This document shows positions 41,856 to 54,333 of a stretch of DNA of 64,000 nucleotides, piece by piece. Location: NCBI GenBank assembly GCA_944391735.1, contig CALXUR010000002.1, positions 2,484 to 66,483 of the forward strand, given 5' to 3'. Positions within the stretch are counted from its first letter, which is position 1, and each line of letters opens with the position of its first letter. Source of the DNA: an uncultured Alphaproteobacteria bacterium. Its GTDB lineage: Bacteria; Pseudomonadota; Alphaproteobacteria; CAAHEQ01; UBA3637. The notes below the pieces were generated by a model. It was not told where the DNA came from. It searched no databases and saw only the letters and a program-made list of their open reading frames with translations. The translations under genes and the position numbers were made by a program.

Positions 41856-44180
41856 ATGAAAATATTTCTGAAAATCTTTCTCGCACTGGTCGTACTGTTG
41901 ATTCTCGGCATCGCGATTTTCTTTCTGACTTTTGATTTGAACAGTTATAAAGGTATGATTGCCGACGCCGCTTCCAAAGCTTTGGGACGATCGGTGACAA
42001 TTACCTCCATGGAAATGAAATTGTCATTGATTCCGACAATTAAAGTTAACGGTGTGCAGATCGAAAATCCCGAAGGATTGAATACGGGTAAACCGTTTGT
42101 AACTGTCGATACGATTGAGGCAACATTGTCGGTTGTTCCTTTGTTTTCTAAAAAAATAGAAGTTCGGGATTTCGCTTTGGGAACGGTCATACTGAATCTC
42201 GCAGAACAAAACGGTCGTAATAATTGGACATTCGGACAATCGGAAAAAGATAAAAAACGGGTGGAACCTGTTGTTTCGCGTCAGGCAAATACGGCTGATG
42301 AATGGTTGTCTCAAATGCGGATTGATAGTATTTCCGCCAAAGCGTTGGCATTGTCTTTTTCCAAAAATGATGTTACACAAAGTTTTTCTATTACAAATGC
42401 CTCCGTTAAACAATTAAAGGTTTTTTCCTTGACCTTAATTTACGCGGGACAGTCTGTTAAATTATCCGGAACGGTTAATGATATTTTGGATTTTATCAAG
42501 CAAAAACCGGATTATCTGTTTAATGTTGAAGCGTCCGCTCTGAATATGACGGTAAAAATGTCCGGAAGTATCGGGGATACTAAAAACTTTAAGAATGTTT
42601 TGTTGAACGTGACCGCCTCAGGGGCAAATTTAAAACAAACATTGGCGCAGTTGAAGATACAAAACGCGATGATTCCGTCTCAAAGTTTTGAATTAAAGAC
42701 GGTTCTTCAAGGGGATTTGTCAATGATAAAAATCGGAAATACAACATTTTCGATTGGGGGAGATAAATTAAAAACAGATTTGTTGGGTCAGATTTCCGAT
42801 TTGTCGGAGGGGGCACCTAAAATAACCGTAACGGGAGGTCTGACATTAACAGATGCTACGTTTGGTGCCGTTTATGGTGTAAAGCCGTTTTCCTCTCATT
42901 TTGATGTAAAAGTGGCGGATAATCTGATTACTCTGAATAACCTTTCTTTTCTTGCTAATCGTTCTGATGTTCAGGTTAAAGGACGTTTTTCTCTTGAAAC
43001 CCAAAAGCCTGAAGCGGATTTGAATATTAATTCTGAATATTTTGATGTGAAAGATGTTTTGTCCGAAACGGATGTTCAACCGACTTATCAAAGGGTGTCC
43101 GGACAACCCGTCGCGGCTTCCTCCGGTATCTTTCCGGATAAAACCGTTGATTTGTCTGTTTTAAATCAGGTAAATGCACGTGTTTCATTTAATCTGCCGC
43201 ATCTGAAGATCAGTGATGATTTTTCGGGGTATGTCGGACTTGTCGGTGAATTGAAACTGACAAACGGTATTTTAGATGTCCGACCGATGAAAATCTCTTT
43301 GCTGAATGGCGATATTAACGGCCGTATTCATGCAGAAGCGGCGCAACAACCGGCACGTATTACGATTCAGTTAAGCGGTACGGGGCTTGATTTAAATCAA
43401 CTGAAACAATTGGAAACGGTTGTGCGTGATGCGACGTTGGATTTCTCTGTTGATTTGTCTTCTCAGGGTAACTCCGTTAAAACCTTCCTTGCCGCTTTAA
43501 ACGGACAAATTGTTTTAGAGATTCCGCAAGGGACAATTGTTAATAAGTGGTTTAATACGTTGCCGGCTAATATGGGGATTTTTAAGAGTAAGACAAGTCC
43601 TGTTTCTTTCTCAACCTCTGATCAGGAAAGCCATATTATTTGCGGTGCCGTGAACTTGCGGGTTCGAAATGGTGAAATTAAAAGCGATAATAACGTAGCC
43701 ATTGAAACGTCTACGGCTAACTTTTTAGTTGGTGGCGATGTGAATTTGAAAACGGAACAGATGAATTTAACAATGATTCCCTCTTTAAATGATGCCAAAG
43801 AATCTGTGAATAAAGCATTGTCCGCAGCTCAATTCGTAAAGATTACGGGAACTTTTTCAAAACCGCAAGCGGCTTTGAATGAAAAAGAAATTATTACAAG
43901 TGTTGCGAAGGTCGGTATTGAAAAACTTATTGAAAAGCAATTGAAAAAGCAGGGTGTTGAAACCACGAAACAACCTCAAACAGAATCTGCTCCTTACTTG
44001 CTGTGCCAAAAGGTTTTGGGACGCCGAACCATCGGTCAAATTAAAGAGGCTCAAAATAAAACGACGCGTGTTGTTCAGCCTGTGTCGCAACCGCAACCGG
44101 TTTCTCAACCGACAAAATTGTCTCCTCAGGAGGAGTTTAAAAAACAATTGATGAAATCATTGTCCGAAGCACTGCAGTAA
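41856..44180 (+). CDS. AsmA-family outer-membrane biogenesis protein
   Basis: N-terminal TM anchor, about 770 aa of repetitive beta-rich sequence. N-terminal and C-terminal regions are AsmA-like. Confidence 0.7.
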   Translation: MKIFLKIFLALVVLLILGIAIFFLTFDLNSYKGMIADAASKALGRSVTITSMEMKLSLIPTIKVNGVQIENPEGLNTGKPFVTVDTIEATLSVVPLFSKKIEVRDFALGTVILNLAEQNGRNNWTFGQSEKDKKRVEPVVSRQANTADEWLSQMRIDSISAKALALSFSKNDVTQSFSITNASVKQLKVFSLTLIYAGQSVKLSGTVNDILDFIKQKPDYLFNVEASALNMTVKMSGSIGDTKNFKNVLLNVTASGANLKQTLAQLKIQNAMIPSQSFELKTVLQGDLSMIKIGNTTFSIGGDKLKTDLLGQISDLSEGAPKITVTGGLTLTDATFGAVYGVKPFSSHFDVKVADNLITLNNLSFLANRSDVQVKGRFSLETQKPEADLNINSEYFDVKDVLSETDVQPTYQRVSGQPVAASSGIFPDKTVDLSVLNQVNARVSFNLPHLKISDDFSGYVGLVGELKLTNGILDVRPMKISLLNGDINGRIHAEAAQQPARITIQLSGTGLDLNQLKQLETVVRDATLDFSVDLSSQGNSVKTFLAALNGQIVLEIPQGTIVNKWFNTLPANMGIFKSKTSPVSFSTSDQESHIICGAVNLRVRNGEIKSDNNVAIETSTANFLVGGDVNLKTEQMNLTMIPSLNDAKESVNKALSAAQFVKITGTFSKPQAALNEKEIITSVAKVGIEKLIEKQLKKQGVETTKQPQTESAPYLLCQKVLGRRTIGQIKEAQNKTTRVVQPVSQPQPVSQPTKLSPQEEFKKQLMKSLSEALQ

Positions 44181-44467
44181 TGTTAATACATATAAAAGTA
44201 TTCGGCCGTGTTCAAGGTGTCGGTTTTCGTGCCTGGACGCGGCGTGAGGCAATGGCACTTGATTTATCCGGATGGGTTCGGAACCGTATCGGCGGAGCAG
44301 TTGAAATTATGGCTGAAGGATCGACGGATCAAATTAATTTATTTTTATCGGCTTGTCGCAAAGGTCCTTCTTACGGTCGTGTTGATCGTGTCGAGGCCGT
44401 TTGCATACCTGATGCTCCCTTACCACCGATAGAGCAGGGGATTTTTACGACACATCCGACCGTATAA
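44180..44467 (+). CDS. acyP: Acylphosphatase
   Basis: Signature VFGRVQGVGFRAW. About 95 aa. Confidence 0.85.
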   Translation: MLIHIKVFGRVQGVGFRAWTRREAMALDLSGWVRNRIGGAVEIMAEGSTDQINLFLSACRKGPSYGRVDRVEAVCIPDAPLPPIEQGIFTTHPTV

Positions 44468-44522
44468 TATTTTTGCACCCGTTTTGTTGGTAAATATAAT
44501 CTCTTTTGTTTAATGAAAACAA

Positions 44523-44552
44523 TGCCTGTCCTCAAAACAGGCAAAAGTTTTT
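44523..44552. terminator. Bidirectional terminator hairpin between convergent genes
   Basis: TGCCTGT-CCTCAAA-ACAGGCA, with T-run downstream on the + strand. Confidence 0.6.
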
Positions 44553-44564
44553 TCAATCTCGCGA

Positions 44565-44891
44565 CTAATTTAAAACCAAAGTTCCGGGAAGGGGAATTTC
44601 TTTTAAGTGTTTAACTTCCGATGTGTATTCCCGGATGATGGATCCGTCCCTGGCTTCCACAACCAAAACACGTGTCGTCCGATTTAAATCTTCACGAATG
44701 GAAGGATGGATAAAGTCTAATACGATGGCATTTTCTCCATTGCGGTATAAAACAGCGTGTTTCCCGCCATTATAGATAATTTGCGGTTGTTCCGCATCAT
44801 CCAACCTCGCCCGAATTAAAATCATCAGGTCACCGGCAGCATTTTTAAGGATATTATAATTTTTTTCCTGTTCAACTGTACTCTGCGTCAT
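44565..44891 (-). CDS. Hypothetical protein
   Basis: 108-aa ORF with a GAGGAG RBS. No recognisable motif. Confidence 0.45.
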   Translation of the reverse strand: MTQSTVEQEKNYNILKNAAGDLMILIRARLDDAEQPQIIYNGGKHAVLYRNGENAIVLDFIHPSIREDLNRTTRVLVVEARDGSIIREYTSEVKHLKEIPLPGTLVLN

Positions 44892-45003
44892 GACTTCTCC
44901 TCACTAATCTTCTTTATTATCAAACAAAAAAAAATAAAAATCAATAAAAATTTTGATCTGACATGATATAAAATGGGATTACTTTTCTTTTTGTATTTTT
45001 TTC

Positions 45004-45032
45004 TTGCAAAAAGCTTGAAAAAAGCTTAATAT
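45004..45032 (+). promoter_or_regulatory. Sigma70-like promoter for infA (TTGCAA-17-TAATAT)
   Basis: -35 at 45004-45009 and -10 at 45027-45032, upstream of the AAGGAG RBS. Confidence 0.55.
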
Positions 45033-45065
45033 AAAAACGCTTTATTTAAAATGTAAGGAGTTTTT

Positions 45066-45287
45066 ATGGCGAAAGAAGAAGTATTGCAATTTACAGGAAC
45101 GGTCGTTGAAGCACTTCCAAATGCGACTTTTCGTGTCAAACTGGAAAACGGACATGAAATTTTGGCGCATACTTCCGGTAAGATGAGGAAGTTCCGTATT
45201 CGCGTCATGGTCGGGGATAAAGTTGAAATTGAAATGACCCCGTATGATTTGACAAAAGGCCGTATTGCGTTCAGACATAAAGCCTAG
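45066..45287 (+). CDS. infA: Translation initiation factor IF-1
   Basis: Highly conserved S1-like sequence ([57 protein letters not shown]). Confidence 0.97.
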   Translation: MAKEEVLQFTGTVVEALPNATFRVKLENGHEILAHTSGKMRKFRIRVMVGDKVEIEMTPYDLTKGRIAFRHKA

Positions 45288-45316
45288 TTCACCGGGCTTG
45301 TTTCACGGAGGACAAA

Positions 45317-46420
45317 ATGAGTCTTGTTTCTTTGTTGCTTTTGGCTGTTTGTATTTTTGCCGTATCAACGGGTGCGATGACTTTTATAACCCGTTTTTAT
45401 TTGAAGAGGCGTCCTGACTTTTGTCCGGTTGAACAGGTTTCGGCTTTTGTGCTGGCACTTGTTTGTTTTTTTTCGGCGATGTATTATGCTGATCTTCAGA
45501 ATGTTGTGATTTCTGCCGGCGTCCTTTTCCTGTTGATGATTGCTTTTATTTATATTGATATTCGCTTGTCCGGATGGGCTAATCATCTCTCTTCTTTTCT
45601 GGTTTGTTTGGCGGCCGTTTTGTTGTTACCCGCGTCTCTGCCCTTGTTCTCACTTGTGCCGGCTGTTATCTTGTATCCCGGTCTCGGTCTGTGCATGTTG
45701 TTGATTATTCGTCTTTTTACCTTTTTGGATAAAGCACCTTGGATGTCCCTTTTAAGTATTTTTAGTCAGGGCTTTTTACTTGTTTTGGCGGCACTCTTTG
45801 GTGTGTTGCCGCCGGAGATCAGCTTTTCCATCTTTGCTGTCATTGTTGCTGCCGTAGCTGCCGTTTGTGTGATGCGGCATTGGATCGGACAGCCTGTCTT
45901 GGGATCTTGCGGTGCACTTGTTATCGGATTTGTTCTTGGCTTTGCCTGGACTTATTTTGTTGCCTTTGGTTTAGGAGCCGTTCCTGTAATTGTGTTCAGT
46001 GCCGGTATTCTTCAGGTTGTCTGGGCGTCTGTGGCTACTTTTATTTTATATCGGCACTTTGTTCCGATTCAGACGCCGCTTTTGTTTGAACAGGCGTTGA
46101 TGACCGGTGTGAAAAAAAGGCAACTTCTGTATTATATGATGTTCGCATTGACTATTTTGTCTTTGCTGGCGTTTATTGTCATGGCGGGACGTTTTCAAAC
46201 GGGGATCAGTGCTCTGGTTATCACGGCTTTTATTTTGCTGGATATGGTTGTTCGTTTAAGGAAATGGGGTGCACCGTCTCCGTCTTTTCGCGATGTTGCC
46301 TCTGATTTAAAAACCGGTCTCGGTGTGTTTGTCCAAGAAATGAAACATATTCCCCTGAAATCGGATAAAAAACGTTTTTCCTCGCATACTGAAAGAACAA
46401 GGAAAATACGGAAAAAATGA
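45317..46420 (+). CDS. Hypothetical polytopic membrane protein
   Basis: About 10 hydrophobic segments and a basic C-terminal tail. Overlaps the uvrB start by 4 nt. Confidence 0.5.
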   Translation: MSLVSLLLLAVCIFAVSTGAMTFITRFYLKRRPDFCPVEQVSAFVLALVCFFSAMYYADLQNVVISAGVLFLLMIAFIYIDIRLSGWANHLSSFLVCLAAVLLLPASLPLFSLVPAVILYPGLGLCMLLIIRLFTFLDKAPWMSLLSIFSQGFLLVLAALFGVLPPEISFSIFAVIVAAVAAVCVMRHWIGQPVLGSCGALVIGFVLGFAWTYFVAFGLGAVPVIVFSAGILQVVWASVATFILYRHFVPIQTPLLFEQALMTGVKKRQLLYYMMFALTILSLLAFIVMAGRFQTGISALVITAFILLDMVVRLRKWGAPSPSFRDVASDLKTGLGVFVQEMKHIPLKSDKKRFSSHTERTRKIRKK

Positions 46421-48471
46421 TTCCTTTATATCAAAAACCCGAATTATGGGGTGACGCCGATTTTAAACTTCATTCAGAGTATCAACCGGCCGGTGATCAG
46501 CCTCAGGCTATTGCCGAATTGGTTGGCGGTTTAAGACATGAGGCCAAAAATCAGGTTCTTTTGGGTATTACCGGTTCGGGTAAGACTTTTACAATGGCTC
46601 AAATTATTAATGAGTTAAAAAGACCGGCTCTGATTTTGGCGCATAATAAAACATTGGCGGCACAGCTGTATGCGGAAATGAAAGCTTTTTTTCCGGAAAA
46701 TGCTGTTGAATATTTTGTGTCTTATTATGATTATTATCAACCCGAGGCCTATATTCCTAAAACAGATACGTATATTGAAAAAGATTCGGCCATCAACGAA
46801 CAAATAGACCGCCTTCGCCATTCCGCGACACGTCATATTTTAGAGCGGCGGGATGTTATCATTGTTTCTTCGGTTTCATGTATTTACGGTTTGGGTGATG
46901 CCGAAAGTTACTCCTCAATGGCGTTTACCCTTCGTAAAGGTGATTCGGTCGATGTTCGGGAACTGGGGCGCAAGTTGGTTGAGTTACAGTATCAACGCAA
47001 TGATATTGCTTTTGATCGCGGTATGTTTCGGATAAATGGTGACGTTGTAGACATTTTTCCCTCTCATTATGAGGATTTGGCATGGCGCTTGTCCTTTTTC
47101 GGTGATGAGATTGAAAGCATTTGTGAATTTGATCCGTTGACGGGACAAAAAAAAATTGCCTTGAACGATATTACTGTTTTCCCCGCCAGCCATTATGTGA
47201 CCCCACGACCGGCGTTGTCTCAGGCGATTCGCACGATTAAAGCCGAATTAAAAGACCGTTTGGCTTATTATGAAGCAAATAATCAACTTCTGGAGGCCCA
47301 GAGGTTGGCCTCTCGGACGCGATATGATTTGGAAATGATGGAAGCAACCGGTTCCTGTAAAGGAATTGAAAATTATTCCCGTCATTTAACGGGACGCCGT
47401 CCGGGAGAGGCACCGCCGACATTATTTGAATATTTGCCGAAAGATGCCCTTTTGTTTGTGGATGAAAGTCACGTAACCGTGCCGCAACTGGGGGCTATGT
47501 ATCGGGGGGATCGTTCCCGTAAAACAACATTGTCCGAGTATGGTTTTCGGCTACCCAGCTGTATGGATAACAGACCTTTGAAGTTTGAAGAATGGGATGC
47601 GATGCGACCCAAGACAATCTTTGTTTCCGCAACGCCCGGTCCATGGGAAATGGAACAGGCAAAAGGTGTTTATACAGAACAGATTATTCGTCCGACAGGC
47701 TTGTTGGATCCTGAATGCATTATCCGTCCGATTGCGCGTCAGGTCGAAGATTTGATGGCGGAATGTCAGGATATTGCCGCGCGTCGGGGCAGGGTTTTGG
47801 TGACGACACTGACGAAAAAAATGGCGGAAGATTTGACGGAGTATTTGAATGAAAATGGTGTAAAAGCCCGCTATATGCATTCCGATATTGATACGTTGGA
47901 GCGTATTCAAATTATCCGTGATTTACGCCTCGGCACGTTTGATGTGTTGGTCGGGATTAATCTTTTGCGTGAAGGACTGGATATTCCGGAGGTGGAGCTG
48001 GTCGCAATCCTGGATGCGGATAAAGAGGGGTTCTTGCGTTCGACAACTTCTCTGATTCAAACGATCGGCCGTGCCGCCCGGAATGTTAACGGACGCGTGA
48101 TTTTATATGCCGACAAGATGACCGGATCTTTGTCCGCCGCTGTCGGAGAAACAAAACGCCGCCGTGAAAAACAGATGGCTTTCAATGTGGCGCATGGAAT
48201 AACCCCTAAAGGTATTCAAAAGGAAATTCCTGATTTGTTGAAAGAATTCGGCGAATATGATGCGGATAAAACATCGAAAGAACGTTCTGTTGAAATTGTG
48301 GAAAACGTGGCAGACATCATTGTTCGTTTGCGTAAACAAATGTTAAAGGAGGCCGAAGCCCTTAATTTTGAGGAAGCTGGTCGCCTTCGGGATAAAATTA
48401 AAGAGTTGGAGCAGTTGGAGCTGGCCTCTGATACGGCACCGCTTTTATCAAAAAAGAAAGGAAAAGGATAA
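46417..48471 (+). CDS. uvrB: Excinuclease ABC subunit B
   Basis: Walker [14 protein letters not shown] box, helicase motifs, C-terminal UVR domain ([17 protein letters not shown]). Confidence 0.97.
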   Translation: MIPLYQKPELWGDADFKLHSEYQPAGDQPQAIAELVGGLRHEAKNQVLLGITGSGKTFTMAQIINELKRPALILAHNKTLAAQLYAEMKAFFPENAVEYFVSYYDYYQPEAYIPKTDTYIEKDSAINEQIDRLRHSATRHILERRDVIIVSSVSCIYGLGDAESYSSMAFTLRKGDSVDVRELGRKLVELQYQRNDIAFDRGMFRINGDVVDIFPSHYEDLAWRLSFFGDEIESICEFDPLTGQKKIALNDITVFPASHYVTPRPALSQAIRTIKAELKDRLAYYEANNQLLEAQRLASRTRYDLEMMEATGSCKGIENYSRHLTGRRPGEAPPTLFEYLPKDALLFVDESHVTVPQLGAMYRGDRSRKTTLSEYGFRLPSCMDNRPLKFEEWDAMRPKTIFVSATPGPWEMEQAKGVYTEQIIRPTGLLDPECIIRPIARQVEDLMAECQDIAARRGRVLVTTLTKKMAEDLTEYLNENGVKARYMHSDIDTLERIQIIRDLRLGTFDVLVGINLLREGLDIPEVELVAILDADKEGFLRSTTSLIQTIGRAARNVNGRVILYADKMTGSLSAAVGETKRRREKQMAFNVAHGITPKGIQKEIPDLLKEFGEYDADKTSKERSVEIVENVADIIVRLRKQMLKEAEALNFEEAGRLRDKIKELEQLELASDTAPLLSKKKGKG

Positions 48472-48662
48472 TGACAGATAAAGAATTAACTCAAACACCG
48501 GCTTATTGGAATCCGGACTACTTTCAAAGTAATCCGTTCGGTAATAATTTTAATGATCGGGAACATACTCAATCCGATCATCCTTCCCGAATTGCAACGC
48601 ATCCGGTCAATGATCATACGCGTTTACTCGGGGGTGTTGTGGCTCAAAAAGAACGCGTTTAA
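48471..48662 (+). CDS. Small hypothetical protein (possibly spurious)
   Basis: 63-aa ORF whose ATG overlaps the uvrB stop (TAATG). Low-complexity composition. Confidence 0.25.
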   Translation: MTDKELTQTPAYWNPDYFQSNPFGNNFNDREHTQSDHPSRIATHPVNDHTRLLGGVVAQKERV

Positions 48663-48893
48663 ACAAGAAATGCATTTTTGTGTGCTGTAGACACTGTTGT
48701 CAGTGTTGTGGCGTGCTATAAAACAAATGCGTCTTTTGAAATTGTTCCCGTTTTGTTCACATCCTTTTGATATTTCTTTTTAATTTATCGGAAATAAATT
48801 TGTTTTTTTTCATCTTTTGGGTGAAAAAGATATTGTGTTTGGACGGGAAGTGTTGTATGAATAAAAAAAGATTTTAAACTTATTTTATTTTGA

Positions 48894-49967
<1,074 letters not shown>

Positions 49968-49989
49968 AATTTCCTGAAAGCAGAAGTGT

Positions 49990-50853
49990 ATGGAAAGCCG
50001 TCAGTTTCGCCTTAAAAGACTGAAAACACAAATTCGGTTATTTCTGCCTCTTTTGCTTTTAATGATTGCCCTTGTTTTTGTGGGGTTCAGCACAACCGAA
50101 AATCCCTATTTGAAACAATTTCAAACCGCTTTGACACAGGTGGTGACACCTGTTGTTTCCGTTGTATCTGCACCGTTGCGGTGGGGAGAAGCGGCGGTGC
50201 GGGAAATGACATTTTTTGTAAGGACATATCGTGAAAATAAGCGGTTGCGTTCTGAGAATGAGTCTCTTCAAAATTGGCGTAATATCGCTCTTCAACTGGG
50301 GATTGAACAACAGGAATTAAAACATTTGTTGAATTACGTCCCACCTCAAAAGTCGACATCCGTTACGGCTCGGGTTTTGGCTGATAATGGCGGCCGTTTT
50401 TCACAATCGCTGGTCGTATCCGCGGGAACGGATCAAGGTGTTTCCAAAGGAGATGTTGCGATGACGCCGCGCGGTGTTTTGGGACGTGTTGTAGAAACCG
50501 GCTCCTCTTTCAGCCGTTTGATGCTTCTGACGGACTATATGTCTCGTGTTCCCGTTATGGTTGGTAATGATCGGGTTATGTGTATTTTAAGCGGAGATAA
50601 TACCGCTACACCCAAATTGGTGTCTTTGCCGGAAAATGCCGTTATTCAGCCGGGAGACGTTGTTTTAACTTCGGGACATGTCGGGGTTTATCCGGCAGGT
50701 CTTGGCATTGGGGTCGTGTCGGAAGTTATTGACGGGGAAATAAGCGTCTCCTTGTTTGAGTCGGATTTTTCCCCCGGTTTTGTTCGGTTGGTTGATTTTG
50801 GGTTGAATCATGTCTTGTTGCATGAGGTTTGTTCGGAAAGGGATGGGGCATGA
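49990..50853 (+). CDS. mreC: Rod shape-determining protein MreC
   Basis: N-terminal TM helix, coiled coil (ENKRLRSENESLQNW) and beta-barrel domains. Position after mreB. Confidence 0.9.
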   Translation: MESRQFRLKRLKTQIRLFLPLLLLMIALVFVGFSTTENPYLKQFQTALTQVVTPVVSVVSAPLRWGEAAVREMTFFVRTYRENKRLRSENESLQNWRNIALQLGIEQQELKHLLNYVPPQKSTSVTARVLADNGGRFSQSLVVSAGTDQGVSKGDVAMTPRGVLGRVVETGSSFSRLMLLTDYMSRVPVMVGNDRVMCILSGDNTATPKLVSLPENAVIQPGDVVLTSGHVGVYPAGLGIGVVSEVIDGEISVSLFESDFSPGFVRLVDFGLNHVLLHEVCSERDGA

Positions 50854-51344
50854 CGTTATCCCGATCGCTTATTCATTTGAAAAAAGGCATACCGTTCCTG
50901 ATCTGCCTTTTTTTGATTTTGTTGGCACAAACACCTGCTTTTTTCATAACGTCGGTTCCGTTTTTATTTATTCCGATTTTTTATTTTGCTATTTTCAGGC
51001 CCGGCCTGTTGAATGATTATGCGGTTTTTGTATTGGGATTATTTGCGGATTTAATAGGCAGAACACCGGTGGGATTATGGGCTTTCATTTTTGTGCTTTT
51101 GTTTTTTGTGGCACGTTTGAACAGGTTATTCCTTGGTGGGTTAAGGTTTGATAAATTGTGGTTGGTTTTTGCTGTTTTCAGTGCGGTCGCTCTGATGCTT
51201 CGGTTGCTTTTGTTCTTTTTATGTGCCGGTACGGTGGTTCCCGGCGGCTTTTTAGTGGGGCAGTATGTTGTTTTGAATCTCCTTTACCCGCTGGGCGTTA
51301 TGCTTTGCGGTCGTTTGGATAATTGGATAGAGGTTGATTCATGA
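50850..51344 (+). CDS. mreD: Rod shape-determining protein MreD
   Basis: Small five-TM protein. ATGA overlap with the mreC stop. Confidence 0.8.
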   Translation: MTLSRSLIHLKKGIPFLICLFLILLAQTPAFFITSVPFLFIPIFYFAIFRPGLLNDYAVFVLGLFADLIGRTPVGLWAFIFVLLFFVARLNRLFLGGLRFDKLWLVFAVFSAVALMLRLLLFFLCAGTVVPGGFLVGQYVVLNLLYPLGVMLCGRLDNWIEVDS

Positions 51345-53173
51345 GTGTTTGGAAGTATGAAAAAACACGCGTGATGACCCAACGGATGATAGGACTTGCC
51401 GTTATATTCGTTCTAATGGGATGTATTATTATCGGAAGACTTTTTTATCTTCAGGTTCTTCAAGGGGAGAAATATCTTCTTTTGGCGGAAAAAAACAGGA
51501 TTTCGGTTCGTTTGACCATGCCCTCCCGCGGAACGATTTATGATCGGAACGGTGTTAAGTTGGCGGAAAATGCCAAAACATTTCAAGCGGTTTTAATTAA
51601 AGAAGAGGCGCGTGATTATCGCCAAACCTTGGATCGTTTCTTAAAATTAATTCCGTTGGATGAGGATGAAGTTTCGCGTATTCAAAAAGAATTGCGTTGG
51701 AAAAGGGCTTTTATGCCGGTTCGCATTAAAGATAACCTCTCTTTTGATGAAATGACATTGTTACAGTTAAATGCGCCTGATTTACCGGGGATTCAAATTG
51801 AAGAGGGAATGATGCGTTTTTATCCTGCAGGCACGGGAAATACACATGTTGTTGGTTATGTGTCCTTGTTAACCGAAAAGGATGTTGCTGGCAATACGTC
51901 GGATCCGCTTTTGGATTTGCCCGGATACCGTATCGGAAGAACGGGGATTGAATCCTCTATGGAAGCTGTTTTAAAGGGAAAACCGGGCGTGCGTAAATCG
52001 GAAATCAACGCCATGGGACGGACGGTTCGTGTTTTGGAGGAAACGCCTCCTGAATCCGGACAAGATGTCTTTTTAACCATTGATAGTCGACTTCAAAATT
52101 ATGCAACGCGTTTGATGGCTCGCTATGCCGCCTCCGCTGTCGTGATTAATGTGCGGACAGGTGAGATTTTGGCACTGGTTTCAACACCTTCTTTTGATGC
52201 TAATTTATTCACGGTGCCTATCTCGGTTAAAAATTGGAACAAACTGTTACATCATAAATACAGACCTCTTCAGAATAAGGTTTTAAGCGGCTTGTATTCT
52301 CCCGGTTCCATTTTTAAATTGGTCGTCGGTTTAGCCGGGTTGGAATCCGGTGTGATTACGGCATCATCAAAAGTTGATTGTCAGGGAAAAACAAAGTTGG
52401 GCAACCATCTCTTCCATTGTTGGAAGAAAAACGGCCACGGCTCAATGACATTGGAACAAGCTCTTATGCATTCCTGTGATGTGTATTTTTATGAAATGGC
52501 TCAGAAAATCGGTGCCGATAAAATTATTGAAACAGCTCGTAAACTGGGCTTTGGGGAAGCACTTAATGTCGGGTTGAATAGTGAAAGTTCCGGGCTTTTA
52601 CCGACATCGGATTGGAAACTGCGCCGCTTTAATGATGCTTGGCGTATGGGGGATACTTTGAATCTCAGTATCGGACAGGGCTTTTTAAATGCGACACCTC
52701 TTCAAATCGCAACGGCGGTTGCCCGGATTGCCGGGGGTCGGAATTTGCATCCGACATTGTTAAAGTCAAATGTTGAATCATCCATTGAAAAAATTGATTT
52801 TAAAGAATATTATTTAAAACTGATTCGTTCCGGTATGTATGATGTCGTTAATCGTGTCGGGGGAACCGCATATGCGGTGCGCATCAATGTGGACGGACAA
52901 AAAATGGCTGGAAAAACCGCCACGACACAGGTTCGGCGAATTAGTTTAAAGGAGCGTGAAGAAGGGGTTAAATCGCAGGATGATCTGCCTGAAAAATATC
53001 GTGATCATGCGATTTTTGCGGCATTCGCCCCGACGGATAAACCGAAATATGCGGCTGTTGTGTTGGTTGAGCACGGCGGTGGTGGTTCAAGGACAGCCGC
53101 GCCTTTGATGAAACAGTTAATGCAATATGTTTTAGAGTTGGATAAGTCCGATAAAAAGGAATTGAAAAAATGA
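51341..53173 (+). CDS. mrdA: Penicillin-binding protein 2 (elongasome transpeptidase)
   Basis: N-terminal anchor, PBP dimerisation domain, transpeptidase motifs SIFK (SxxK), SCD and GKTAT. Confidence 0.92.
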   Translation: MSVWKYEKTRVMTQRMIGLAVIFVLMGCIIIGRLFYLQVLQGEKYLLLAEKNRISVRLTMPSRGTIYDRNGVKLAENAKTFQAVLIKEEARDYRQTLDRFLKLIPLDEDEVSRIQKELRWKRAFMPVRIKDNLSFDEMTLLQLNAPDLPGIQIEEGMMRFYPAGTGNTHVVGYVSLLTEKDVAGNTSDPLLDLPGYRIGRTGIESSMEAVLKGKPGVRKSEINAMGRTVRVLEETPPESGQDVFLTIDSRLQNYATRLMARYAASAVVINVRTGEILALVSTPSFDANLFTVPISVKNWNKLLHHKYRPLQNKVLSGLYSPGSIFKLVVGLAGLESGVITASSKVDCQGKTKLGNHLFHCWKKNGHGSMTLEQALMHSCDVYFYEMAQKIGADKIIETARKLGFGEALNVGLNSESSGLLPTSDWKLRRFNDAWRMGDTLNLSIGQGFLNATPLQIATAVARIAGGRNLHPTLLKSNVESSIEKIDFKEYYLKLIRSGMYDVVNRVGGTAYAVRINVDGQKMAGKTATTQVRRISLKEREEGVKSQDDLPEKYRDHAIFAAFAPTDKPKYAAVVLVEHGGGGSRTAAPLMKQLMQYVLELDKSDKKELKK

Positions 53174-54333
53174 GTTTTTTTAAGGATCGTAACTGTTATT
53201 TGAAAGATTATAATTTATCCCTGACAGATAAAGTTTTAGGATTTAATTATCTGTATTTGTTGTTTATCTGTCTGGTTGTAGTCATGGGAATCGGTGTTCT
53301 TTACTCTGTCGGTGGCGGTCATTTTAATCCCTGGGCAAGCAAACAACTGTTTCGTTTTATAGTCAGTCTGGGTGTTTTGTATGTTATAGCCCTTTCCAAT
53401 CTCCGCTTTTGGATGAAGTATGCATATGTTATTTATGCCATCGGCCTTATCTTGCTGGTTGCCGTATCCGTGGTCGGTCATGTCGGTATGGGGGCTCAAC
53501 GTTGGTTGAATCTCGGCTTTTTTAATTTACAACCTTCTGAAATTATGAAGATAGCCCTTGTTTTGGCTCTGGCTCGTTATTTTCATGGTGCCAGTCTGGA
53601 AGAAGTGCGTTCGCTGAAGTTTATGATACCGCCTGTTTTGATGATGATCATTCCTGTTGCATTTATTCTGGAACAACCTGATTTGGGAACGGCGTTGATG
53701 CTTGTTTTTGCTGCAGGTGGTATTTTTTATTTGATGGGGGTTCAAATTTGGAAGTTTGTCGTTTTGATTTCTGCCGCCGCCCTTTCCATGCCGCTTATTT
53801 GGTCTTTTCTTCATGAGTATCAGAAAAAACGTGTGTTGACCTTTTTAAATCCGGAAAGTGATCCGCTGGGTTCCGGTTATCATATTGCGCAATCTAAAAT
53901 TACTTTGGGATCCGGGGGTGTTTTCGGAAAAGGATTTTTACAAGGGACACAAAGTCGTTTGAATTTTATTCCGGAAAAACAAACTGATTTTATTTTGACG
54001 GTGTTGTCTGAAGAGTTTGGTTTAATAGGAGCTCTTGTGTTATGCCTGTTATATGCCGCTATTATTGCTTATGGCTTCATTATCGCACATCGCTGTAATA
54101 ATTTTTTTGGTAAAATTTTAGCGTTGGGCTTGACAATCAATTTTGCGCTGTATGTTTTTATTAACATGTCCATGGTGATGGGATTGATGCCCGTTGTCGG
54201 TGTTCCTCTGCCTTTGATGTCTTACGGCGGCACGGCAATGTTGACTTTGTTTATCGGTTTCGGTTTGGTCGAATGTGTTTTTATTAATCGGGAAATGGTT
54301 ATCGGAAGACGGGGATCAATTGACGATGAGTAG
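53170..54333 (+). CDS. rodA: SEDS peptidoglycan glycosyltransferase RodA
   Basis: Ten-TM SEDS pattern (QPSEIMKIALVL, EQPDLGTAL, PEKQTDFIL, PLPLMSYGGT). Confidence 0.95.
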   Translation: MSFFKDRNCYLKDYNLSLTDKVLGFNYLYLLFICLVVVMGIGVLYSVGGGHFNPWASKQLFRFIVSLGVLYVIALSNLRFWMKYAYVIYAIGLILLVAVSVVGHVGMGAQRWLNLGFFNLQPSEIMKIALVLALARYFHGASLEEVRSLKFMIPPVLMMIIPVAFILEQPDLGTALMLVFAAGGIFYLMGVQIWKFVVLISAAALSMPLIWSFLHEYQKKRVLTFLNPESDPLGSGYHIAQSKITLGSGGVFGKGFLQGTQSRLNFIPEKQTDFILTVLSEEFGLIGALVLCLLYAAIIAYGFIIAHRCNNFFGKILALGLTINFALYVFINMSMVMGLMPVVGVPLPLMSYGGTAMLTLFIGFGLVECVFINREMVIGRRGSIDDE